From NCBI GenBank assembly GCA_963813025.1, contig CAWEXO010000014.1:438481-502480 (forward strand): DNA of 64,000 bases, written 5' to 3'. Origin of the DNA: an uncultured Verrucomicrobiae bacterium (lineage in GTDB: Bacteria > Verrucomicrobiota > Verrucomicrobiia > Chthoniobacterales > JAFAMB01). Within the stretch, counting starts at the first letter, position 1. Each line of letters opens with the position of its first letter. This document shows, one piece after another, positions 18,134-27,775 of this stretch. Made by a program: the position numbers and the translations under genes. The notes under the pieces were generated by a model. That model did no database searches. It was not told the DNA's origin and saw nothing but the letters and a program-made list of their open reading frames with translations.

Positions 18134-21100
18134 GAATTTTACTGGATGTTCAGTCGGCGCAGGTCGGTCGCGATCCGGAAAAGACTTTGGCTTTTGCTCG
18201 GGCCCTGATCAAAGAGGGTGCCGTCCACGAATTCTGGATCGTCCTGAATGGGCGTATTCCTGATTCCGTGGAGCCTTTGCGGGAGTCCTTTGCTGAACTG
18301 GTCCCGTCGGAACGCTGCCGAGTCTTTGATCTCCCCGGGCCGCTCGCGGAGCAGTTACCGGCAAACTTTTCCCGAAGACAGGTAGCGGAACTCGTGAGGG
18401 AGGATTTCCTCGCGAGTTTGCGACCGGACATCGTTTTTGTGTCCACTCTCTTTGAGGGGATCCAGAACGAAGCGGTCGCTTCGATCGGCCGGCTCAACAC
18501 TATCCCGACAATAGTGAGTATTCCGGCCGGCCTGGGGACGATCGATCTGGAATCCGCGAATCCTGTGATTGCTCGCGCTTATATCCGAAGGCTCGAATCG
18601 CTCCGCCGAGCCGATCTTCTAGTGGCGGAAAGCCAGGACACAGCCCGACAGATTGCACAAAGATTCGAGATCCCGATTTCACGGTTTATTATTGGCGAAC
18701 CATCGCGTAGCGCCGAACTTGTCGCGCCGAAGTCCCGCGAACCCGCGCGTAGCGCCGACGGCCTCGTCGGTATCCCTGCCGTGCAGGATCACGAACTGCG
18801 GTCCGAAATGAAGCAGGCGGCTCAGGAGACGCTGCAAGCAATGGAAGCCTTGCTTCCGCCGCCGGTTAAAACAAATGTGTCGGCGGGCCGGCGACCGCTG
18901 CTGGCCTTCGTCGGCCCGCTGCCGCCCGAGCGCTCCGGGATTGCCAATTACTCGGCGAAATTGCTGCCGCACCTGGGGCGCCACTACGATATCATCTGCG
19001 TTGCTGATCAAGGGCCCGTCGCCGATTCTTCGATCAAGGCGAGCTTCGCCATTCGCGATCTTGCCTGGTTCGAGGAGCACGTCTCGAGCTTCGATCGGAT
19101 TGTTTACCAGTTTGGGAATTCACCCGCGCACAAACACTTATTTGAACTGGCGCGCCGTCACCCGGGGATTGCTGTCCTTCATGATTTCTTTCTCAGTGAT
19201 GCGTTGGCCTGGATGACCGATTACCAATACGCTTCGAACGCTTTTCTGGCCGAACTCTATGAGTCCCATGGCTTTTCGGCGGTTCAGTACGAGCGACAGA
19301 ACGGCCGGGACGCTGCCCGATCGCGTTATCCGTGCAACGGTACCGTGCTCTGCGAGAGTCTCGCCGCCATTGTGCACTCCAGGTACTCTCGTGAGCTGGC
19401 TCGGGAATGGTATGGCGACGGAGTTGCCGACAAGATCCGGGAAGTACCTTTCATTCCTTACGGCCCAACCGCAACGGACCGGGTCTCCGCTCGTCGACGT
19501 CTCGGCCTCTCCGAGGATCTTTTTGTGGTTTGTAGTTTTGGCTGGATCACCCGCCCAAAACTCAGCGACCGTCTATTATCTTCCTGGTTGGAAAGTGCGT
19601 TGGCGAAGGACCGGAAAAATGTGCTCGTCTTCGTCGGCGAGACCCCGGATTCGGAATACACCACGCAATTGTTCAAAAAAATCCGGACCGCCAAGGCGGT
19701 TTCCCCGATTCAGATCACCGGATTTGCCGACGACGCGACCTATCGCGATTATCTCTCCTCTGCTGACGTGGCTGTGCAGCTTCGGGCGAGCAGCCGGGGT
19801 GAAACTTCGGGAACGATTTTCGATTGTTTGCGGTGTGAACTACCCGTGATCGCCAATACTCACGGTTCGTCGGCTGAGTTTCCTGACGGCGTTATTTGCA
19901 AGATCAGCGAAGAGTTCAGCCTTGAGGAACTGGCGGACGCTTTGACGCATTTCCGGACTGATCACGACCAGCGAAGCCGCCTCTCTCTTGCCGGTCAGGC
20001 TTATCTAGAGAAGGCGCATCACCCGGCCATGGTAGCTGCCAGGTATCACCAGATCATTGAGGAAAACTACGCAGAAAGTCCGATCGCGTCTGAGAATCGA
20101 CTCGTAGCCGCAATTTCTCACAGCCCGGGGCAAATCGAACTCTCCGATCGGGATATCGCCGCGACCGCAGTCGCTATTTCCGCTAATCGGCAGCGGCTTG
20201 GTCCGAAGCGACTTTTCATCGATGTCACCAATGTAGCGGGAAACGATCTGCGGACCGGTATCGAACGAGTCACCAGGGCGATGATGATGGCTCTTATTAT
20301 AGATCCTCCGGCCAATTATCGGGTTGAACCGGTTCGGGCTGGTGAGTACGGCTATAGTTATGCGAGGGAGTTTGCCTTCGGTGCCCTCGGAATTGCGCCG
20401 CCTCCGTTACCTGATGATTTGATCGAGACTTTTCCGGGGGATCTTTTTTTGGGACTGGATTGGTCGGTTGGGTGGGTGCCGACTCTTGCGCCTTGGTTCA
20501 AGCGGCAAAGAGAACGAGGTACCCGGCTGTTCTTCGTGGTTTACGATTGTCTGCCATTGCTCAGACCTGAATTGTTTTTACTTGAAATAGAACCCCTCAT
20601 GCGCCGCTGGCTGCAAACTTTGGCTAGCCTGGCTGATGGGATTGCCTGTATTTCGCGAAGCGTTGCCGCCGACCTTTATAACTGGCTGAATGAGGCGCAA
20701 CCGTCTCGGCTGAGACCGTTGCCAATCAGCTATTTTCATTTGGGTGCAGATCTCAAAGCGACTGTGCCCACCGAGGGCTTGTTGCCCGGCAGCACCGAAT
20801 TGCTCGACCGGATCAAGGCGGCTCCAAGTTTTTTGATGGTCGGAACATTAGAGGCTCGCAAGGGGTATCGCCAGGCTCTGGCCGCATTTGATTTGCTCTG
20901 GGGTGAGGGTGTTGAGGTAAACCTGGTGATTGTTGGTAAGCAAGGATGGAAGATGAATGACATTGCCGACCGGCTCCGAACTCATCCCGAAAAGAACCGC
21001 CGGCTGTTCTGGCTTCAGGGTGTCAGCGACGAGATGCTGGAAGAAATTTATTGCGGTGTTCGGGCACTGCTGGCGCCGTCTGAAGGAGAGGGCTTTGGGC

Positions 21101-21444
21101 TGCCGCTGATCGAAGCTGCTCAGCACGGCCTGCCGATCATCGCCCGAGATCTCCCGGTTTTCCGAGAGGTCGTGGGTGAACATGCTTACTACTTTGAAGG
21201 AAATGAACCGGGTGTTCTGGCCGGCGCTCTTAAAAATTGGCTGGCCTCGTTTCCGGCTGTGCCCTCTTCGACCGGGGTAAGCTGGTTGTCCTGGGCAGAG
21301 AGCAGCCGTCAACTCATTCAGTTCCTGCTGGAGAGCCAACGTATTTACCGATTGTGGCCGAAGGAATCCACGTCTGTCGACAAGATTGGCCGGCCTGAGA
21401 AAGCCGGCTTTTCGGCGCACGAGTTAGTCGCCGGCAGCAGGTGA
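18130..21444 (+). CDS. multi-domain GT4 glycosyltransferase (WbdA/MtfA-like polymerase)
   Basis: PLPPERSGIANYS, SRGETSG, RTGIERV, VGTLEARKG, SEGEGFGLPLIEAA. Confidence 0.9.
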   Translation: MRILLDVQSAQVGRDPEKTLAFARALIKEGAVHEFWIVLNGRIPDSVEPLRESFAELVPSERCRVFDLPGPLAEQLPANFSRRQVAELVREDFLASLRPDIVFVSTLFEGIQNEAVASIGRLNTIPTIVSIPAGLGTIDLESANPVIARAYIRRLESLRRADLLVAESQDTARQIAQRFEIPISRFIIGEPSRSAELVAPKSREPARSADGLVGIPAVQDHELRSEMKQAAQETLQAMEALLPPPVKTNVSAGRRPLLAFVGPLPPERSGIANYSAKLLPHLGRHYDIICVADQGPVADSSIKASFAIRDLAWFEEHVSSFDRIVYQFGNSPAHKHLFELARRHPGIAVLHDFFLSDALAWMTDYQYASNAFLAELYESHGFSAVQYERQNGRDAARSRYPCNGTVLCESLAAIVHSRYSRELAREWYGDGVADKIREVPFIPYGPTATDRVSARRRLGLSEDLFVVCSFGWITRPKLSDRLLSSWLESALAKDRKNVLVFVGETPDSEYTTQLFKKIRTAKAVSPIQITGFADDATYRDYLSSADVAVQLRASSRGETSGTIFDCLRCELPVIANTHGSSAEFPDGVICKISEEFSLEELADALTHFRTDHDQRSRLSLAGQAYLEKAHHPAMVAARYHQIIEENYAESPIASENRLVAAISHSPGQIELSDRDIAATAVAISANRQRLGPKRLFIDVTNVAGNDLRTGIERVTRAMMMALIIDPPANYRVEPVRAGEYGYSYAREFAFGALGIAPPPLPDDLIETFPGDLFLGLDWSVGWVPTLAPWFKRQRERGTRLFFVVYDCLPLLRPELFLLEIEPLMRRWLQTLASLADGIACISRSVAADLYNWLNEAQPSRLRPLPISYFHLGADLKATVPTEGLLPGSTELLDRIKAAPSFLMVGTLEARKGYRQALAAFDLLWGEGVEVNLVIVGKQGWKMNDIADRLRTHPEKNRRLFWLQGVSDEMLEEIYCGVRALLAPSEGEGFGLPLIEAAQHGLPIIARDLPVFREVVGEHAYYFEGNEPGVLAGALKNWLASFPAVPSSTGVSWLSWAESSRQLIQFLLESQRIYRLWPKESTSVDKIGRPEKAGFSAHELVAGSR

Positions 21445-21477
21445 GAGTATCGGCACTCTGTCCTCCAATGCGATCAC

Positions 21478-23778
21478 GTGAGTACTCGTAATATTTCAGG
21501 AATAGAAGCGCCGCTGGCGTCCGGGAACCGGGACACTGGACGCTCAAACCGTTTCCGCCTTCCCGCTTTTATCCTTCCCGTTTTGCTCGGAGCACTCGCT
21601 TTCTTCTTCGTTACAGGCGGAGGGATTCTCCGTCCGACGAATCTCGGCTGGCTGATGGGCGGAGACCCGGGAATGGATCTGCTCGGATGGATGTTCTTTC
21701 GGGATACTCCATTTTGGCAGCAGCCAATCGGGGCAAACTGGCCCTTTGGCATGGAGCTGGGCAGCGCACTTATCTACACCGATTCTCTCTTGCTTTTGGC
21801 CTTCCCGTTCAAGCTTTTCAGCGGCCTCCTTCCTCCAAACTTTCAATATTTCGGATTCTGGATTCTCATCTGCTTCATCCTTCAAGCGATTTTTGCCTGG
21901 AAACTCCTGGGAAAGCCTTCAAGTGGCACCGGCATCCTGCCGGTTCTTCAAACTGACGAGCCGGAAGCTTTTCGTCCGACCGAACTCGGAGTAAAGGCCC
22001 TGGCGACTTTGTTCTTCCTGCTGGCTCCGTCGTTCCTGTGGCGAATGCAATGGCACATGATGCTGGCGGCCCATTGGCTGATCCTGGCTGCTTTATGCCT
22101 CTATTTCTCTGATCGCTTTCGGTACTTTCCCTGGCTTGTTCTTTTGGCGGTAGCAAGTCTGGTTACGCCTATTATCTTTACGATGGTCTTGCTGATTTTC
22201 GGAGCAGGCCTTTTGAAAGCCTGGCTCCGGAAAGAGCAGCCTCTCCCCTGGCTCATCGGGTCGAGCCTGGCCACTGGCCTCATTCTGGCGATAGTCATGT
22301 GGGAGGGAGGATACTTTACAGTCTCCGATGTGGGAGCCGGCGGTTTTGGAGATTACCGGATGAGTTTGGCCGGTTTTATCGACCCTTTGCCCGGAGTACC
22401 CGGAGAGAAAGCGGCCTGGTCTACGCTTCTGCCCAGCTTACCCAAAGACAGTGGAAATTACGAAGGTTTCTGTTTTTTGGGTACCGGAGTTCTCGTGCTG
22501 GTTGGCACCGCTATTTTCGCCCTGGTGAAAAATTGCCGTTCCTGGATTCCCCAGCTTTCCTGGCGTAACCGGAAACTCTGGTTCACGGCTATACCGATCG
22601 GCGCAGTCTTCATTTTCTCGATCCTGTTTGCGCTTTCGAATAACATTGGAATCGGGACTCACATTTTCGTCCATTACGACATTCCCGGCATCATCGCCCG
22701 TGAGATCGCCCCGTTCCGCGCCTCTGCCCGCTTTATCTGGCCCGCTTATTATCTGATCATCGCCGGTCTTCTGGCCGTGACCATGCGCGGGTTTAGGCCA
22801 AAGACGTCTTCGGCCATTCTTGCGGGCTGCCTTGTCTTGCAAGTTGCCGACTCTTGGCACGCGTTACGAGCTGTTCGGCATCGCTATCAGACTGATCTCT
22901 TCCATACCTCTCTTTCTTCTCCCTTCTGGCAACAGGCCGCCGATCGGTATCGCAAGGTCCTCTACGTCTTTCCGAGTGATGCGCCGCCCCCATATTTCGC
23001 TCTCTGCTATCTCGCGGCTTCTCATCATCGACCCATCAACATTGGGTCCTGGGCGCGCTTTGACGAACGGAAGCTTGACGCGGCTCGCGACAAGCTGGTG
23101 CAAGTTGTGAGAAGCGGTGCTTGGGATCCGAACGCGCTTTACGTCTTCGAAACGACTGGGATATGGAGCTCGGCGGTTTTGCGTATGAAACCCAACGATT
23201 GGGTCGGGGTCGTCGATGGTTTGCCCGTCCTGGCTCCCGGCTGGTTGCAAGGCCGGCGGCAAGATCCAGTCCAGATTTCGCATCAAAGCTTGCCCATTTA
23301 CGTTCTTGGCCGGACGTTATCATTTGCCGCAGCGAGTCCGGGACTGCAGTTCCTAGGGTACGGATGGGACGATCAGGACAATCAGGGACAGCTCCGCTCC
23401 TGGTCCGTCGGCAACTTTGTGTCTTTTAATTTTCAGTTGAGCAGCACTCCCACGACCGATCTGTTGCTCAGCTTAGATGCATTGGCAGTGGTAAACAAAA
23501 GGCATCCGGAGCAGAAGGTGGAAGTAACCGTTAACTCGCAGCCAGTCGGCTCGTTTTCGTATACGCAACAAGATCCGCAGGGCCGACGTACCATCAGGAT
23601 CCCCCGGGAGTTGGTGGTGAATAGAAATAACATCGTGGAGATCGAGCTTAATTTACCGGACGCGGTTTCGAGCGCGATGATCGGATGGTCTCAGCGCTGG
23701 GATCTGCGCAAGCTCGCGCTTCAGGTGAACGCCCTTGAATTGAGCCCTGCCCCAAACCAGTTGACTGGAACACTGTGA
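21478..23778 (+). CDS. polytopic membrane protein (DUF6311/GT-C-like) with C-terminal beta-rich domain; carries a REP-derived insert
   Basis: Many TM segments, FQYFG.W, GNYEGF.FLG.G, FRASARFIW; paralog of the next gene. Confidence 0.8.
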   Translation: MSTRNISGIEAPLASGNRDTGRSNRFRLPAFILPVLLGALAFFFVTGGGILRPTNLGWLMGGDPGMDLLGWMFFRDTPFWQQPIGANWPFGMELGSALIYTDSLLLLAFPFKLFSGLLPPNFQYFGFWILICFILQAIFAWKLLGKPSSGTGILPVLQTDEPEAFRPTELGVKALATLFFLLAPSFLWRMQWHMMLAAHWLILAALCLYFSDRFRYFPWLVLLAVASLVTPIIFTMVLLIFGAGLLKAWLRKEQPLPWLIGSSLATGLILAIVMWEGGYFTVSDVGAGGFGDYRMSLAGFIDPLPGVPGEKAAWSTLLPSLPKDSGNYEGFCFLGTGVLVLVGTAIFALVKNCRSWIPQLSWRNRKLWFTAIPIGAVFIFSILFALSNNIGIGTHIFVHYDIPGIIAREIAPFRASARFIWPAYYLIIAGLLAVTMRGFRPKTSSAILAGCLVLQVADSWHALRAVRHRYQTDLFHTSLSSPFWQQAADRYRKVLYVFPSDAPPPYFALCYLAASHHRPINIGSWARFDERKLDAARDKLVQVVRSGAWDPNALYVFETTGIWSSAVLRMKPNDWVGVVDGLPVLAPGWLQGRRQDPVQISHQSLPIYVLGRTLSFAAASPGLQFLGYGWDDQDNQGQLRSWSVGNFVSFNFQLSSTPTTDLLLSLDALAVVNKRHPEQKVEVTVNSQPVGSFSYTQQDPQGRRTIRIPRELVVNRNNIVEIELNLPDAVSSAMIGWSQRWDLRKLALQVNALELSPAPNQLTGTL

Positions 23779-26003
23779 CAATGCGTGAAGATCCCGTGAG
23801 AACGGCTGAGCCGCCGATTCCGACGCAATCAAGGCCCTCCAGCAAAGTCGAAGTGGTGCTCGGAAGGGTAGGCCGATCGGTGTTGCCGTTTTGTTTGGGA
23901 GCAGTCGTGTTCTTCCTCGTCAGCGGGGGATCGATTTTGCGGCCGACCAATGATCAATGGATGATGAAGGGCGATCCAATCGCCAGTCTGCTCGGCTGGA
24001 TGTTTTATCGGAACGCGCCGCTGTTGCAGCAGCCGTTCGGGGCGACTCCGGATTACGGTTTGCAGATCAGCAACTCGACCGTCTACTCCGATTCGGTGTC
24101 GGTCTTGGCTTTTCTTTTCAAACCGTTCGCCCATTTTCTCCCGGAACACTTTCAATATTTCGGCCTTTGGCTGTTGATCTGTTTCATGCTCCAGGCATTT
24201 TTCGCCTGGAAGTTGATGGGCGTTTTCGCTCCAACGCTTTGGCATCGCGCTGTGGCGACCGCGTTTTTTCTGATCGCACCCCCTTTCTTGTGGCGGACCC
24301 AATGGCACATGGGATTAGCTGCGCATTGGGTGGTCCTCGCCTCGATTTATCTATACACTCGACCATCTTTCAAAATCCTGCTTTGGCTAATCCTCCTGAT
24401 CGTGGCGTGTCTGGCCACACCGATCCTGCTGGCGATGGGCATGCTCATGCTCGGGGCGACCCTGGTGAAAGCCTATTTCCGGGACGAAGTGTCGCTTACG
24501 CGCGGTGTGCTCACCGTGGTGGTTACCGCAATCTGTCTGAGCTTTGTCATGTGGCAGGCCGGCTATTTCCTCATATCAACGGTCGGTGAAGGCGGATTTG
24601 GCTTTTATCGGGCGAGTCTTTACGGACTGATCGATCCGGGTGTAGGTGCCCCGGGTGATCCGTCGGTCTGGTCAAGCGTGCTGCCGGATCTGCCAAAAGC
24701 ACCGGGCAATTACGAAGGATTCGGTTTCCTCGGCGCCGGCATGCTCATCCTGGTGTTGACGGCCGGATTGCTGGGTTTGCATCAAGCGTCTGGCTGGCTT
24801 GGCTGGTTACGCTGGCGCGATTGGCGGAGGCGCTGGGCTCTGGTGATGCCGCTGTTGGTTGTTTTCGTTTTTTCCTTCGTTTTTGCCCTTTCCAACAATA
24901 TCGGGTACGGCAACCACATCAGCATTCACTATGACTTGCCGGGATTTCTAGACCGGTTGACATCACCGTTGCGCGCTTCCGGGCGATTTATCTGGCTCGC
25001 TTATTACATGATCATGGCGGCTGCGCTGATAATCGTTTTTACTCATCTGGGGCGCCGCATTTCGCTCTTCCTTCTCTCTTGGTGCCTGCTTTTTCAGGTG
25101 GTTGACTCATGGGGCGCGCTAACCGCCGTGCAGGCAAGATTCGCCGCCAATTTTCCGCGTCCGACGCTTTGGTCTCCTTTCTGGCAACAAGCGGCGGCTC
25201 GGTACCGCAAGATTCTTTATGTGCTGCCAGATAATAGTCCGCCGTCCTTCTTCCCACTTTGTTACTTTGCGGCTGAGCATCATCTGGGGATCAACATCGG
25301 CAGCTGGGCGCGCGTTGATAAAACCAGATTGGCGTCGAGTCGGAGAGATCTCATCGACGTGCTCAAAACCGGGCAATGGGATCCGAACGCGCTGTACGTG
25401 TTTGGGAGTGATCAGCTCCGGAACGTTGGTCTGCTGCGGATGCAAAAAGGCGATTGGATCGGGGTGGAGGATAAAATGAACGTGCTGGCTCCAGGGTGGG
25501 GTGAGGCGCCGCTCCAGGACCCTGAAGTTTTGCGTAGTCAGCTCATTCCCTCCTACAGTCTCGGTACTCGGCTGGCATTTGGTCCGGATGATCAAGGCAG
25601 CCGTTACTTGGGGTACGGATGGTCTAACCAGGAAGCATGGGGGCACTGGTCGGATGGTTATCGTGCTTCACTCATTTTCTCGCTGAGACCGGCAGCACGT
25701 TCTGATTTGGTGCTGGAAATCGATGGAATCGGTTTCGTCGGTCGGAGAAATCCTGAACAGAAGATTGAGGTTTACGCCAATGACCGCAGGGTGGGTGCGA
25801 TCGCCTTTTCGGCCTCCGATCCGAAAGGTCTGCGACAGGTGAGAATACCTCAAGAGATATTGGCAAATCGTGATTTCCTCGAGATCGAATTCAGATTCAA
25901 AAATGACATTTCACCCTCCGAGACCGGTCAGTTCTGGAAGCCTGACTCGAGGAAGCTGGCTCTCGGACTAAGAACATTGATCCTGCAACCAGCGAGCGGC
26001 TAA
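23775..26003 (+). CDS. polytopic membrane protein (DUF6311/GT-C-like), paralog
   Basis: Same motifs (FQYFGLW, GNYEGFGFLGAG, LRASGRFIW); GWS..E.WG.WS C-terminal domain. Confidence 0.8.
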   Translation: MTMREDPVRTAEPPIPTQSRPSSKVEVVLGRVGRSVLPFCLGAVVFFLVSGGSILRPTNDQWMMKGDPIASLLGWMFYRNAPLLQQPFGATPDYGLQISNSTVYSDSVSVLAFLFKPFAHFLPEHFQYFGLWLLICFMLQAFFAWKLMGVFAPTLWHRAVATAFFLIAPPFLWRTQWHMGLAAHWVVLASIYLYTRPSFKILLWLILLIVACLATPILLAMGMLMLGATLVKAYFRDEVSLTRGVLTVVVTAICLSFVMWQAGYFLISTVGEGGFGFYRASLYGLIDPGVGAPGDPSVWSSVLPDLPKAPGNYEGFGFLGAGMLILVLTAGLLGLHQASGWLGWLRWRDWRRRWALVMPLLVVFVFSFVFALSNNIGYGNHISIHYDLPGFLDRLTSPLRASGRFIWLAYYMIMAAALIIVFTHLGRRISLFLLSWCLLFQVVDSWGALTAVQARFAANFPRPTLWSPFWQQAAARYRKILYVLPDNSPPSFFPLCYFAAEHHLGINIGSWARVDKTRLASSRRDLIDVLKTGQWDPNALYVFGSDQLRNVGLLRMQKGDWIGVEDKMNVLAPGWGEAPLQDPEVLRSQLIPSYSLGTRLAFGPDDQGSRYLGYGWSNQEAWGHWSDGYRASLIFSLRPAARSDLVLEIDGIGFVGRRNPEQKIEVYANDRRVGAIAFSASDPKGLRQVRIPQEILANRDFLEIEFRFKNDISPSETGQFWKPDSRKLALGLRTLILQPASG

Positions 26004-26062
26004 AATCCAATCGCCAGCCTCGCCCCTGGGCGGGATGGAGTATGCTGCTGGCGTCCTGCGCC

Positions 26063-26185
26063 GGTAGGGCAAAAATTTATTCGAGCCTTAGCGAGAACTT
26101 GTTTGAGCCGTCTTCAGTGTGACCTGCCGCAGCACCCGGCTCGAACGAGTCTTCGCCGAAGGCTCAGATGAATTCTCGCCCTACC
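26063..26185. repeat. long-form family-A REPIN (last REP seen in the window)
   Basis: GGTAGGGCAAAAATTTATTCGAGC...GAATTCTCGCCCTACC; same layout as 8810-8937. Confidence 0.85.
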
Positions 26186-26211
26186 GATTTTGGGATGTTG
26201 CGATTTCGCGG

Positions 26212-26249
26212 TTTTGACTTGGACGGAGTTTCTGGCCAAGGTGCTGCTC
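26212..26249 (+). promoter_or_regulatory. duplicated 38-bp promoter-like element (also at 30682-30719)
   Basis: TTTTGACTTGGACGGAGTTTCT..CCAAGGTGCTGCTC, 36/38 identical; TTGACT is -35-like; weak -10. Confidence 0.45.
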
Positions 26250-26326
26250 GCATTCGAAAATGCCGGCGGAGGGCACTTCGTTTTTGCATTTTTGCGAAAC
26301 CCTCTTTTCTTTCTCGCCATTGAGCA

Positions 26327-27700
26327 ATGATAGACCAGCAGACAGAGACGCAAATTCCAAAACGGGTGTTGCCAAAGCGGCGGTCAGAACGATTTGCCGG
26401 CTATGTCATCCTGCTAGGCGCAGGGGTTCTTGCCACGCTGGTGTCGGTATTTTCTCCCGTATCGTATGCTTACAAAGGCTTGGATCCAAGTGCGACTACG
26501 CTGACAGCTCAAGCAATCATTCAAAGACGCAGCCTGCGTCTGGACGGCTACACGCTTCCCTCGGCTGAATGGGTCGTGACCAGGCAAAACGGCCACACTT
26601 ACAATAAATATCCGATCGGACCGCCCCTGTTTGCGATTCCTTTTGTGGCAATCGCTCTCCTTCAAGGCAAAGATATGCAAGCGCCGGCCGAAGATTATGC
26701 TGTTCAAGGGACGATCGCGGTTTTCACGGTACTCGTCTCGACGCTGCTAATTTACGCGCTCTTTCGTTCTTTCACCGATCCAATCATCAGCGGTCTGCTG
26801 ACCTTTGCCTGGACCCTCGGGACCGGTATCATCAGTACGATGGGAGCGGCATTCTGGAGCATAAACTTCACGGTCGTCTGGGAGCTTGTCGTTTTGCTGG
26901 TTCTCGCACGATATTACACGAGCAATTCGACCAATCTCCGGCCAATTCTCCTGGGATTTGCGCTTTTCGCAGGGTATCTGTGTCGACCGACCGCGGCGCT
27001 ATTGGCGATTCCTGCGACCATCATCGTCTGGCGCAAATCGCGTGGTGCTGCCGTCACAATCGTCGTCACCTTCGGTCTGCTGATGTTAGCTTTAATGGCA
27101 TTTTCGTTTTCCCAATTCGGCTCCGTTCTGCCCAAGTACTACAACCAACCCGAATTCCTGAAGTTCTCTCATTTAAGCTGGCGCCTGTTTCGAACAGCGA
27201 CTTACGGGCTGACCTTTAGTCCGGGGCGAGGTCTGTTTGTCTACCAGCCCTTCCTTATCATGATTGTGGGAGGACTCGTTCTCCGTTTCCGAAACCTTCG
27301 AAACAACACGCTTTTTTGGTTGGCCACAAGCTGGCTTGTGCTGAATTTTGCGGTCGTAGCGCGCTGGCCTATGTGGTGGGGTGGGGGCAGTTTCGGCAGC
27401 CGATTGCTGGTAGAATCGTTTCCCGGCTGGATTTTGTTGACCGCCTTGTTGGCAAGAGAGCTCGGTAGACTGCCTGCACAACGCGCAGCTGCCGGTGGAA
27501 TTGTCTTTGGGATGTTAACAGGAATCGGTCTTTTCTTACACTGCTATGAAGGTCTTTACAACCGGTCGACTGCGGACTTTAACGCTACGCCGGGCAGCTA
27601 CGGTGAAAACTCCGCTAATATGTTGGACTGGAGACACCCCCAGTTCTTGGCTACGCCTTACATGATCACTCAATTAAAAGGCTACAACGGCCGGCACTAA
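26327..27700 (+). CDS. polytopic membrane protein, GT-C/ArnT-like
   Basis: YPIGP, multiple TMs, CRP, FSPGRGLFVYQP, WWGGGSFGSRLL. Confidence 0.75.
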   Translation: MIDQQTETQIPKRVLPKRRSERFAGYVILLGAGVLATLVSVFSPVSYAYKGLDPSATTLTAQAIIQRRSLRLDGYTLPSAEWVVTRQNGHTYNKYPIGPPLFAIPFVAIALLQGKDMQAPAEDYAVQGTIAVFTVLVSTLLIYALFRSFTDPIISGLLTFAWTLGTGIISTMGAAFWSINFTVVWELVVLLVLARYYTSNSTNLRPILLGFALFAGYLCRPTAALLAIPATIIVWRKSRGAAVTIVVTFGLLMLALMAFSFSQFGSVLPKYYNQPEFLKFSHLSWRLFRTATYGLTFSPGRGLFVYQPFLIMIVGGLVLRFRNLRNNTLFWLATSWLVLNFAVVARWPMWWGGGSFGSRLLVESFPGWILLTALLARELGRLPAQRAAAGGIVFGMLTGIGLFLHCYEGLYNRSTADFNATPGSYGENSANMLDWRHPQFLATPYMITQLKGYNGRH

Positions 27701-27775
27701 ATAGCATTCGGCATATGAAAGTTGTTGCTGAAGACAGACCGCATCGAAGGATCGGCCCGCTTCCGCAGGCGAAAA

